Part shown: positions 23,437 through 31,579 of the stretch, one piece after another | Numbering within the stretch: position 1 is the first letter of the stretch | How the letters are laid out: every line of letters starts with the position of its first letter | Assembly: GCA_016926705.1 (NCBI GenBank) | Contig: JAFGOC010000005.1 | Span: 1-49,232, forward strand | From: Dehalococcoidales bacterium | GTDB taxonomy: Bacteria; Chloroflexota; Dehalococcoidia; Dehalococcoidales; RBG-16-60-22 | Direction: 5' to 3' | DNA length: 49,232 bases | Made by a program: the position numbers and the translations under genes | Notes under the pieces: model-generated | The model's database searches: none | What the model was told of the DNA's origin: nothing | Seen by the model: the letters and a program-made list of their open reading frames with translations, nothing else

Positions 23437-25073
23437 TCCTTTATCAATGTGTTCCAGGGCGGTTCCAGCTGTGGTACCGGTATCTCAATCAGGGCAGGGC
23501 AGTTGGCTTTAATCGCTTCGTTGAGCTTTTTTCCGAGTTCCTCGTGTTTTTCTACCATTATCCCCATAGCCCCGAAAGCCTCGGCAAACTTGACATAATC
23601 AGGGTTGTGCAGCTTGTTCCCGATGTGTCTTCCACTGAATTGCCGACGCTGAATTCCGCTTACCGTCCCGTAGGCGTTATCGGTGAAAATAAGGGCAACA
23701 ACGTTTATCTTTTCCTGCATGGCTGTGGCCAGTTCCGCGGAGGCGTAGGGGAAACCCCCGTCCCCGCATATCGCCACAACGGGTCTTTCCGGATTGGCTA
23801 TTTTGGCGCCTAAAGCAGTAGGAAAAGCAAAGCCCAGCGTGCCGAAATACGAAGAATCTATATAGCTGTACAATCGATTGACCGGGTAAGCGATATCGCA
23901 CCAATAGCCCAGGTTGGTAACATCCGGCACGATTATCCCGTCATCGCCTAGCGACTCGTGAATTGTGTTGATAATAGAAATTTGTAAAGGCGCGGCTTTT
24001 TCCAGTTTTTTCTTCAGTTGGTTGCGAAAACGGGCTACTTCGGCTTCTTGCCACTGGCTTTCGGTTTTATTCCCTAGTGTCTGCAACAAGGCTTTAAGTG
24101 TCAACCCCGCATCGGCGGAAATCCCTGTCTCGATGCGGTGGTTTCTGCCAAGCTCCCCGGCATCGCAGTCTACCTGGATTACTTTTTGTTCGTATTTCAG
24201 GTCGAGCTGGGTGCTGCCGGAAGCTCGCAACCGACTGCCCACCACTAGAATGGCATCGGCCTCTTTAAAAAACGGATTAAGCCACAATGCGGAATTACCC
24301 CCGCAAAAAGAGTGGTCGCACGGTATCAGTCCCTGTCCCTCTGGCGTCATGACCACAGGCGCTCTTAAGCGCTCGGCCAGTTGTGTTATTTCTATGGCAA
24401 CGCTGGCTTTGACTGCCCCTCTCCCCGCCAGGATCATCGGTCGGCGGGCATTACTCATTGTTTTGGTTATTTTCTTAATGTCTTCTTGGTCGGGTGGTAT
24501 CGGCTCCAGTCTTTCAGTGCTGGTGAACGCCATTTCACCTCTCTTCGACCACAGGTCGTAGGGTACTTCTATCTCTGCGGGGCGGGGCCGCTGCGTCTTA
24601 AGTTGCCGCAATGCATGGCAGAGAATATCTGGTATGTCCTCCGCCCTTGTTGCCCGGGCGCAGTATTTCGTCAGGTAGCGGAAGATATCTATCTGCTCGT
24701 CCAGTTCGTGTAATACTCCCCGGTGAAAGCCCAGGTGTTGACTTTCTATTTGACCGGATATAAGTAATACCGGTGCCGAAGCGGCATAAGCTGTGCCGAT
24801 AGCGGCGGTTGTGTTCAAGGCCCCTGGGCCGGGTAATACCATGGCTACCCCGATTTTACCGGTGGTCATGGCATAGCCGAAGGCCATATAGGCGGCGGTC
24901 TGTTCATGGCGGGTGGATATCCAGCGGATGCTCTTATCACGGTATATAGCGTCCAGGGCATCCATAACCTGCACGCCCGGCAGCCCGAAGACTACGTTTA
25001 TCCCCTCACGGACTAATAATGCTACCAGCGCTTCGGCCCCGCTCATTCTAGCCATAACTTCCCTCCATGCCAT
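23433..25073 (-). CDS. Thiamine-diphosphate-dependent enzyme (acetolactate-synthase large-subunit-like)
   Basis: N-terminal Pyr domain (GAEALVALLVREGINVVFGLPG) and ThDP motif (GDGGF...x24..TDNAYG). No ilvN/ilvC partner is present. Confidence 0.88.
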   Translation of the reverse strand: MAWREVMARMSGAEALVALLVREGINVVFGLPGVQVMDALDAIYRDKSIRWISTRHEQTAAYMAFGYAMTTGKIGVAMVLPGPGALNTTAAIGTAYAASAPVLLISGQIESQHLGFHRGVLHELDEQIDIFRYLTKYCARATRAEDIPDILCHALRQLKTQRPRPAEIEVPYDLWSKRGEMAFTSTERLEPIPPDQEDIKKITKTMSNARRPMILAGRGAVKASVAIEITQLAERLRAPVVMTPEGQGLIPCDHSFCGGNSALWLNPFFKEADAILVVGSRLRASGSTQLDLKYEQKVIQVDCDAGELGRNHRIETGISADAGLTLKALLQTLGNKTESQWQEAEVARFRNQLKKKLEKAAPLQISIINTIHESLGDDGIIVPDVTNLGYWCDIAYPVNRLYSYIDSSYFGTLGFAFPTALGAKIANPERPVVAICGDGGFPYASAELATAMQEKINVVALIFTDNAYGTVSGIQRRQFSGRHIGNKLHNPDYVKFAEAFGAMGIMVEKHEELGKKLNEAIKANCPALIEIPVPQLEPPWNTLIKD

Positions 25074-25149
25074 ATAAAAGCTAGTGTTTTTATTATAGTA
25101 TAAATCGTATAATTCAAACTATTGATAAATTTTTTACTGATTGTAGAAA

Positions 25150-25185
25150 TAGAAAAAAAGTAGGCCGATAGCTAGTATATCGACC
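25150..25185 (-). terminator. Intrinsic terminator downstream of the HTH gene
   Basis: Minus strand reads GGTCGATA-tactagc-TATCGGCC followed by TACTTTTTTTCT. Confidence 0.55.
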
Positions 25186-25293
25186 TTCAATCATGGTAGT
25201 TACGGATTATCTTTATATTATTGAATATGAGTTATCTATCAACCTTTTGAGTATTAGACTTTTACTTGTACGTTCTGTTCCCTCTGGGTGTTC

Positions 25294-25530
25294 TTACTCT
25301 TCAAAAGGCCAGCCCTTAACGGGCATGTCATATTTTTCCAGGAATGTCTTGAAATCGTTTTTATCAATACGGTAATGCCCGCTTGGCAGCCGGAAGGCTT
25401 TTAGCCTGTTGCTCTTTATCCATTCCAGCACGGTACTTTTACTTACCTGGCAGTAAGATGCGATATCTCTTGATGTCAGTCTTATTCTCTCGGGTCTTTG
25501 TTTAACTGGCACGGTTCGACTCCTTTTCAC
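25294..25530 (-). CDS. Excisionase/MerR-superfamily helix-turn-helix DNA-binding protein (78 aa)
   Basis: LTSRDIASYCQVSKSTVLEWIKSNRLKAFRLPSGHYRI matches the 'excisionase family DNA-binding domain' pattern. Confidence 0.75.
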   Translation of the reverse strand: MKRSRTVPVKQRPERIRLTSRDIASYCQVSKSTVLEWIKSNRLKAFRLPSGHYRIDKNDFKTFLEKYDMPVKGWPFEE

Positions 25531-25726
25531 AAAAGTAGGGCTGTGCTGTTTATTTTTTGTGTTTTTAACGAAGTTGGCATGTTATACATATGATAGATAT
25601 GACGTGTAACAAATAAATCACAAAAAACATGTGAATTATCACAAAAAAGTCACAAATATTAGTCCTTTGTACTTGATTGTCACAGTCACTGGTCTTTTTC
25701 CTGATGGAGTGTGTTTTTGTCTTCGT

Positions 25727-25755
25727 TTGACAAAGCGTTATATTGTTGATAATAT
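25727..25755 (+). promoter_or_regulatory. Promoter of the ModE-like gene
   Basis: TTGACA-17 nt-TAATAT. Confidence 0.55.
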
Positions 25756-25757
25756 AA
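25738..25757. promoter_or_regulatory. Candidate operator: TTATATT-N6-AATATAA inverted repeat overlapping the -10
   Basis: The GCGTTATATTGTTGATAATATAAAAC core is closely related to the palindrome at 26192-26217. Confidence 0.5.
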
Positions 25758-25777
25758 AACATCTGGGAATTGCATTG

Positions 25778-26173
25778 ATGAGCAAGAAAAAATCAAACGA
25801 AGATTTCGTACCTGAATTCGGCGTAAAACATGGCACGCGCTCCGGTCACAAGCCGGAATCTGGTCTTGTTTTAAAGAGTAAAGTCTGGCTGGAAAAAGAC
25901 GGCAAGCTTTTCATGGGCTATGGTAGGGCAACACTGCTGGAGCGTATCGACCAGCTTGGCTCTATATCTGCCGCCGCTCGCTCGATGAAGCTAGCCTACC
26001 GCAATGCCTGGCTCTGGGTAGAAGCTATCAATCGCCTCGCTCCCAAACCATTGGTAATTAAGTCAACGGGTGGCCCGCGTGGCGGCTACGCTCGCCTGAC
26101 TGAGGAAGGGCGACGTATTATCAGGGAATATAAGGAAAAGCGTGCTAGCGTACGCGATGCAATTAACAAATAG
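25778..26173 (+). CDS. ModE-like winged-helix regulator, N-terminal DNA-binding domain only (131 aa)
   Basis: GYGRATLLERIDQLGSISAAARSMKLAYRNAWLWVEAINRLAPKPLV matches the ModE/LysR-type HTH N-domain. No Mop/TOBE domain follows. ATG 25778 lies downstream of the promoter, so the 25631 start is rejected. Confidence 0.8.
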   Translation: MSKKKSNEDFVPEFGVKHGTRSGHKPESGLVLKSKVWLEKDGKLFMGYGRATLLERIDQLGSISAAARSMKLAYRNAWLWVEAINRLAPKPLVIKSTGGPRGGYARLTEEGRRIIREYKEKRASVRDAINK

Positions 26174-26191
26174 TTATATATTTTTAAAATT

Positions 26192-26217
26192 ACGCTATAT
26201 TGACGATAATATAGCGT
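26192..26217. promoter_or_regulatory. Candidate operator: 26-bp palindrome ACGCTATATT-gacgat-AATATAGCGT
   Basis: Perfect 10-bp arms with a 6-bp spacer, immediately upstream of the binding-protein gene. Confidence 0.6.
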
Positions 26218-26223
26218 CGCTGG

Positions 26224-27096
26224 TTGTTTGATTTTAGAAGCGGGGATACGATAATTTTAAAAAACTGTTTTCTTTCATCACTTTTATTATTGATTGCCTT
26301 TTCTGTATTGGGGTGTGATAAAGGAGGACCTGCAAGACTTGCCGCATTCGTCGGTTCGGCAAGCAAACCGGCTATGGAAGAAGCCGCCGCGGCTTTTGAA
26401 AAAGAGACTGGCATCAAGGTATATCTTAACTTCGGTGGTTCTGGTGCCATGCTTTCACAAATGGAACTTTCGCAGAGTGGTGATTTATATATCCCCGGCA
26501 GCCAGGACTATATCGCTAAAGCGGAACGAAAGGGTATTATTGATATAGACTCGGTAGTCAAGATTGCTTATCTCATCCCAGTGATATCTGTTCAGCTTGG
26601 TAACCCTAAGAATATCAGGACACTCGCTGACTTGGCCCGGCCTGGCTTGGAAATCGGCATCGGCAATCCCCAGTCGGTATGTCTTGGCCTTTATGCCATC
26701 GAAATTTTTGAATATAACGGTTTGCTTGAGGATATCAGTAAAAATATTGCCGTCAATGCAGAAAGTTGTTCCAAAACAGCTGTTTTGATATCTTTACAGT
26801 CGGTCGATGCTGTTATCGGCTGGGACGTTTTTCATTACTGGGACCCGGATAATATCGATACGGTCTATATCGACCCAGCACAGCTGCCCCGGTTAGCTTA
26901 TGTTCCCGGTGCTATCACGAAATACGCTGCTGATAGAGAAAATGCCAGCAGATTCCTCGACTTTCTGGTGTCCGAGGAAGGACGGCAGATTTTTCAAAAG
27001 TGGGGATACATCACCACCGATGACGAGGCAAGAACTTACGCACCCGGTGCCGAAATCGGTGGGGAATATGAGTTACCCGACTCATACCAGCCGTGA
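26224..27096 (+). CDS. modA: Molybdate/tungstate-family ABC transporter substrate-binding lipoprotein
   Basis: Signal peptide with lipobox (LLLLIAFSVLGC); GSASKPAMEEAAAAFEKETGIKVYLNFGGSG is typical of ModA/WtpA-type binding proteins. The start is uncertain: either TTG 26224 or ATA/ATT at 26251/26254 after GGGGA. Confidence 0.8.
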   Translation: MFDFRSGDTIILKNCFLSSLLLLIAFSVLGCDKGGPARLAAFVGSASKPAMEEAAAAFEKETGIKVYLNFGGSGAMLSQMELSQSGDLYIPGSQDYIAKAERKGIIDIDSVVKIAYLIPVISVQLGNPKNIRTLADLARPGLEIGIGNPQSVCLGLYAIEIFEYNGLLEDISKNIAVNAESCSKTAVLISLQSVDAVIGWDVFHYWDPDNIDTVYIDPAQLPRLAYVPGAITKYAADRENASRFLDFLVSEEGRQIFQKWGYITTDDEARTYAPGAEIGGEYELPDSYQP

Positions 27097-27128
27097 ACTG
27101 AATCTTAATACATGGAAAGGTTAAGCAA

Positions 27129-27938
27129 ATGTTCAGGATTTTAAAAGGGGCCAGCGGTGAAAGGGTATTCCGCACCGCCACGATAAGCGCCCTGATAATT
27201 TTGGCGTTATTTATTATTGGTATAATCGTTTCGTTGTTGGCTTATACAGAGTGGGATACCTTTATATCTGCTTTGGGCTCTAGCGAAATCCTCTTCGCCA
27301 TACGGTTGAGTCTGATGACCGCTACCATAGCCGCTGTTATCTCCATGTTGATTGCCGTGCCGGTGGCTTACGCCATCTCTCGCTCGCGTTTTCCGGGCAA
27401 AGACATTGTCGATAGCCTGCTGGACCTGCCCATCGTCGTCTCACCGGTGGCCCTGGGTGCTGCTCTATTGGTCTTTTTCAATACCCCCCTCGGCTCCTCC
27501 ATAGATAATAATATCCTGAAATTCGTTTTTTCCGTGCCCGGTATCGTTTTAGCACAGGTTACCGTTATCAGCGCGCTGGCTATCCGATTGCTTAAGTCAA
27601 CCTTTGATAGTATCGATCCCCGTTATGAGCAGGTCGCCCGTACGCTGGGGTGCAGCAAACCGGAGGCATTTTTCCGGGTCACTCTGCCTCTGGCCAGGGA
27701 CGGTCTTATCGCCTCCACTATTCTTACCTGGGCGCGTGCCGTCGGTGAGTTTGGCGCCACTGTTATGCTGGCAGGCGCTACGGCCATGAAAACGGAAACC
27801 CTGCCCTCCGCTATTTTCTTAAGCCTGGCCTCCGCCGATGTTGAGAAGGCCATTGCGGTAATCTTCATCTTGATTTTAATCGCGGTGGCGGCCCTGCTGA
27901 TTATCCGTAAGACCGTGGGCAGAAGGTATCGCGTATGA
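27129..27938 (+). CDS. modB: Molybdate/tungstate ABC transporter permease
   Basis: Six hydrophobic helices and an EAA-loop (EQVARTLGCSKPEAFFRVTLPLARDGL). Confidence 0.85.
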   Translation: MFRILKGASGERVFRTATISALIILALFIIGIIVSLLAYTEWDTFISALGSSEILFAIRLSLMTATIAAVISMLIAVPVAYAISRSRFPGKDIVDSLLDLPIVVSPVALGAALLVFFNTPLGSSIDNNILKFVFSVPGIVLAQVTVISALAIRLLKSTFDSIDPRYEQVARTLGCSKPEAFFRVTLPLARDGLIASTILTWARAVGEFGATVMLAGATAMKTETLPSAIFLSLASADVEKAIAVIFILILIAVAALLIIRKTVGRRYRV

Positions 27939-28999
27939 TAGAAATTAGAGACCTTTCATTGCGTCTGGGTGAATTCAGTCTCAAGGGTATTAACCTGAAT
28001 ATCCGAGACGGAGAATATTTTGTTATTCTGGGTCCCACCGGGGCAGGCAAGACCATCCTGCTTGAGTGCGTCGCCGGACTTCATCATATTAAAAAGGGGG
28101 CAATTTTCTTTGATACAGCCGATGTTACCCGCCTCGTACCGGAGGAAAGAAGCCTGGGCTACGTCCCGCAGGACTACGTTTTATTTCCTTTTCTCAACGT
28201 CTTCGATAATATCGCTTTTGGATTGAAGCAGCGTAAAATTTCCAGAGTGGAAATCCGGGAGCGTGTTAATGAAATCGTTGGTATTCTAGGTATATTACCA
28301 TTATTACGCCGCGATACACGTTCATTAAGCGGCGGTGAAAAACAGCGTGTGGCTCTGGCCAGGGCTTTAGCCCCATCCCCTCGGACCTTACTTCTCGATG
28401 AGCCTTTAAGCGCCCTCGACCTGCGCACCGCCAAGTCTTTACGAATTGAATTAAAACGTATTCACCGCCAGCTGGGATTGACTACTATCCACATCACCCA
28501 CGACCTAATGGAAGCGCTAGAAATGGCGGACAGGGTGGCTGTCATCCAGGACGGGTGTGTGGAGCAGGTGGCGGAACCGGAGGCGATGCTTTTCTATCCC
28601 GCGGGGGATAAGGTCGCTGATTTTATCGGCTCACCGAATATACTCGACTGCGATTACTGCCGTAGCCTCGGACAAGGTGTTATGGAGGTCGGCTGCGGCA
28701 GTCTCAAGCTGACTGTCGCCCACGAAGGAGCAGGTATAAAAAAGGTAGCCATCTTACCGCGTCATATCTATGTTTCTGAGAACCGTCCGCCCGGTTTGAG
28801 CGTCAATGGATTTCAAGGCCTGATAACAGCCATTGAACCTGTTGGCAACGTCGTGAAAATTTCACTGGAAGTGGCTGGAAAAATACTTATGTCAGAAATA
28901 CCTTCCTATATCTTCGACGAGATGGACCTGGCTACAGGCAAAGAAGTCTTTATCATCCTCCGAATGAGACGCATCCGCGTCTATGAGAGTACTCGTTAA
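27935..28999 (+). CDS. modC: Molybdate/tungstate ABC transporter ATP-binding protein with a C-terminal TOBE-like domain
   Basis: Walker A (GPTGAGKT), signature (LSGGEKQRVALARAL), Walker B (LLLDEPLSALD). ATGA overlap with the permease gene. Confidence 0.9.
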   Translation: MIEIRDLSLRLGEFSLKGINLNIRDGEYFVILGPTGAGKTILLECVAGLHHIKKGAIFFDTADVTRLVPEERSLGYVPQDYVLFPFLNVFDNIAFGLKQRKISRVEIRERVNEIVGILGILPLLRRDTRSLSGGEKQRVALARALAPSPRTLLLDEPLSALDLRTAKSLRIELKRIHRQLGLTTIHITHDLMEALEMADRVAVIQDGCVEQVAEPEAMLFYPAGDKVADFIGSPNILDCDYCRSLGQGVMEVGCGSLKLTVAHEGAGIKKVAILPRHIYVSENRPPGLSVNGFQGLITAIEPVGNVVKISLEVAGKILMSEIPSYIFDEMDLATGKEVFIILRMRRIRVYESTR

Positions 29000-29100
29000 A
29001 CTAATTCTAATTGTTATTAAAATTTCCTGCTTTTTAAGCCAACCTTTTTATTCTTTTTGCGTTATAATAATACAGAATACCCATTATTGGGGAGGATGAT

Positions 29101-30258
29101 ATGAAAAGAATATTATTTGGACTTCTGGTTCTAGTGATTATCTCGCTTCTGATAGGTGCCATTGCCTGTGGAGGTAGTAGCGAGGCAGGACCTTATAAGG
29201 ACTTATCAAGTATCAATGATGGCGTAGTAGTGACTCAAGCACCTGTTCCAACAATAACTGCTACACGGCCTACCGTAGTACCGGCCACCACAACACCCCC
29301 CAAGGTTATCAGCCCGGAAAGCACCGGCGGGACATATTATGATATTGTAGCATCAACCGACCGTATGGTTATACGTACCGCCTATTTAATTTTAGTAGTC
29401 GATGATGTCTCCGATGCCATGCAGCAAATCAATTCCCTCGCCGAGAATTTCGGGGGTTTTGTCGTAAACTCGAATCTCAGCGAAGACAGCAACAGGCTTT
29501 ATGCCTATATCAGCTTCAGGGTGGACTCCGCCCGTTTTAACGATACTCTCCAGTCCTTGCGTAATCTGGCGGCTGACGTGAAGACCGAGTCCACTACGGG
29601 GCAGGATGTTACCGAGCAGTACACCGACCTCCAGTCAAGGCTGCGCAATCTTGAGGCAAGTGAGGCGCAGCTGCTTGAGTTAATGAACCAAGCTGGTACG
29701 GTAACGGAAATTCTTACTGTTCAGAGGGAACTCACAAACACCCGCGAGGATATTGAACTAATCAAAGGCCAGATGCTATATCTGGAACAGAGTGCTGCCA
29801 TGGCTTTGTTCACCGTGACTCTGGAACAGTCCAAGCTCATCGTTGAATTCACTGCCGATTCTCGCACCGTAAAAGAAGGTAGCGGCATCCAGTTTTATGC
29901 TAGTGTCTCCGGAGGTTTCTCGCCTTATACATATGAATGGGACTTCGGCGACGGTGATACCAGCACTGATGCCAATCCATTCCACGTTTACCATGAAAGC
30001 GGTGATTTTACCGTTACGCTTAAGGTCACTGACGACAAGGGGACTTCGGAGACTTATACAAGAGAAGACTACATATCCGTCCTTCCTGGCTGGGGCGCCG
30101 GTACTATTGTCGAGAGCGCCTGGAACGCTCTGGTCAGCTTCTTCCGCGGCCTGGGGGCTTTCTTCATCGGTCTGGGAATATTCAGTCCAATCTGGATAAT
30201 AATCCTGGTAATCCTGTACTTTGCCTGGTGGCGTCGCCGCAAGAAGAAGAACCCTTAA
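29101..30258 (+). CDS. DUF4349-family lipoprotein carrying an inserted PKD domain and a C-terminal TM anchor
   Basis: Lipobox (LIGAIACGG). DUF4349-like core (RMVIRTAYLILVVDDVSDAMQQI...coiled coil). PKD signature (YTYEWDFGDGDTSTDANPFHVYHESGDFTVTLKVTDDKG). TM helix plus WWRRRKKK. Confidence 0.8.
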   Translation: MKRILFGLLVLVIISLLIGAIACGGSSEAGPYKDLSSINDGVVVTQAPVPTITATRPTVVPATTTPPKVISPESTGGTYYDIVASTDRMVIRTAYLILVVDDVSDAMQQINSLAENFGGFVVNSNLSEDSNRLYAYISFRVDSARFNDTLQSLRNLAADVKTESTTGQDVTEQYTDLQSRLRNLEASEAQLLELMNQAGTVTEILTVQRELTNTREDIELIKGQMLYLEQSAAMALFTVTLEQSKLIVEFTADSRTVKEGSGIQFYASVSGGFSPYTYEWDFGDGDTSTDANPFHVYHESGDFTVTLKVTDDKGTSETYTREDYISVLPGWGAGTIVESAWNALVSFFRGLGAFFIGLGIFSPIWIIILVILYFAWWRRRKKKNP

Positions 30259-30285
30259 ATATAACGCAGGTATCTATATAAAGCA

Positions 30286-30309
30286 GGAGGGGGGCATTAG
30301 CCCCCTTCC
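30286..30309. terminator. Bidirectional intrinsic terminator between convergent genes
   Basis: 10-bp stem GGAGGGGGGC-atta-GCCCCCTTCC (one G-U pair), flanked by T-rich runs on both strands. Confidence 0.55.
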
Positions 30310-30312
30310 CTT

Positions 30313-30600
30313 TTACCCCTGCTTAAGTATTTTTGATAATTTTTCGCTGCTTATCCCTTTAATAAGAACAACCTTGTTACGGCTGCTCTCCCCCTTGATG
30401 ATTGTGATAGCGGATTTTCTTATCCCCAGAGTCGTCGCCAGCAGGTCTATCAATAATTTGTTAGCTTTGCCCTTTTCCGGAGCAGCGGCGACTCTAACCT
30501 GTAAAACTCTGTCTTTATAGCCGGTTATTTCATTGCGTCCGGCGTTAGGTGTTACCCTCAATGCCAGCCGGATATCCGGGTTGTAATTTTTGATACCCAA
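30313..30600 (-). CDS. DUF167 (YggU/UPF0235) family protein
   Basis: RVTPNAGRNEI...LQVRVAAAPEKGKANKLLIDLLA...I.IIKGESSRNKVV is the family pattern. TTG start. Confidence 0.85.
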   Translation of the reverse strand: MGIKNYNPDIRLALRVTPNAGRNEITGYKDRVLQVRVAAAPEKGKANKLLIDLLATTLGIRKSAITIIKGESSRNKVVLIKGISSEKLSKILKQG

Positions 30601-30627
30601 TTATATGCTCTTGCTGGTTAAAGTAAA

Positions 30628-30825
30628 TTAGTCTTCGTAGTTCTGTTTGCGTCCCAATAGAAATGCAATTGCGCCCAAGATAAGAATCATCGCCGCAAAC
30701 ATCCAGAATTCCCAGGTAAGTTTATAGCTGATAAGTGGTTCTGAAAATACGTCAAGAATTTCCAGAACGCCGAGTACTGCGGCTATGCCGCCTAGTGTTC
30801 CCAGGATTACAGCTGTAATTCCCAT
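30628..30825 (-). CDS. Small two-helix membrane protein (65 aa)
   Basis: Two clear hydrophobic helices; SD AAGGAGG upstream of the ATG. Confidence 0.55.
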   Translation of the reverse strand: MGITAVILGTLGGIAAVLGVLEILDVFSEPLISYKLTWEFWMFAAMILILGAIAFLLGRKQNYED

Positions 30826-30861
30826 CTTTTAGCCTCCTTGTTATTTATCTTAATGCTAGCA

Positions 30862-30870
30862 TGATATAAT
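30862..30870 (+). promoter_or_regulatory. Extended -10 promoter element (TGATATAAT) upstream of the MBL gene
   Basis: TGnTATAAT consensus match, 47 nt before ATG 30917. A weak -35 (TTATTT) lies 18 nt upstream. Confidence 0.45.
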
Positions 30871-30916
30871 GATTATGGTAAACATTAAATATAGTTTCGC
30901 TTGGAGATAATATAGC

Positions 30917-31579
30917 ATGAAATTGATAAATAATCTATATTTTTACCCAGAACAGGGTATGCTCGATTGTAATACTTATGTGATTAAGAGGGTATCCGGA
31001 ATTATTATTGACCCCGGCAATCCGGATTACCTGAATAGAAAAATTGCTGCGATGGAGCAGGATGGCATCAAGCCAGAAGATATCGGCATCATTATCAATA
31101 CCCACCTGCATATCGACCATTGCGGCGCCAACGAAGCGTTTAAGAAACTCTCTGGCGCTAGAGTCGCCCTGTATCCCGTCCAGAAAAAGAACTACCAGCT
31201 GGTTGTCGTTGACGGCGCCCAGCTTTTCGGCATGGAGCCGGGTGAGTTTACCGTTGATTATCTTTTAGAAGACCCCATCATCAAGACGGGTACTACTGAA
31301 ATTGAGATAATTCCCTCACCCGGTCATTCACCGGACAGTGTTTGTTTTTACCTGCGGCAAGAGAAAGTGCTGGTCTGCGGCGACGTTATCTTTGAGATGA
31401 ATACCGGCCGCGTCGACCTGCCCGGCGGTAATGCTGAAGACCTGAAAAATTCCATCGAAGCCTTATCAAAACTTGACATAGAGTATCTACTGCCTGGTCA
31501 TATGGGTATAATGACCGATGCGGAAAAAGTAAAGCAGAACTTTGAATTTGTCAGGAGTAATGTCTTCCAGTGGTTATGA
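30917..31579 (+). CDS. MBL-fold metallo-hydrolase (glyoxalase-II-like)
   Basis: HLHIDHCG (HxHxDH), SPGHSPDS, GD..F. Confidence 0.85.
   Translation: MKLINNLYFYPEQGMLDCNTYVIKRVSGIIIDPGNPDYLNRKIAAMEQDGIKPEDIGIIINTHLHIDHCGANEAFKKLSGARVALYPVQKKNYQLVVVDGAQLFGMEPGEFTVDYLLEDPIIKTGTTEIEIIPSPGHSPDSVCFYLRQEKVLVCGDVIFEMNTGRVDLPGGNAEDLKNSIEALSKLDIEYLLPGHMGIMTDAEKVKQNFEFVRSNVFQWL

Noticed and set aside
20576-25530. Genomic island integrated at tRNA-Leu, with the excisionase-type HTH as a relic.
   Set aside because: There is no integrase, no visible direct repeat of the tRNA 3' end, and the cargo looks like ordinary metabolic genes. The HTH is better explained as a mod-locus regulator.
25631-25777. N-terminal 49-aa extension of the ModE-like ORF (GTG 25631).
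   Set aside because: The extension covers the TTGACA-17-TAATAT promoter and operator and translates to AT-rich nonsense. ATG 25778 begins the recognisable protein.
26174-26223. Moco riboswitch upstream of the mod transporter (and upstream of mobA at 13065-13109).
   Set aside because: Both spacers are about 45-50 nt, far too short for the ~130-nt Moco RNA motif. The first is fully occupied by a DNA palindrome.
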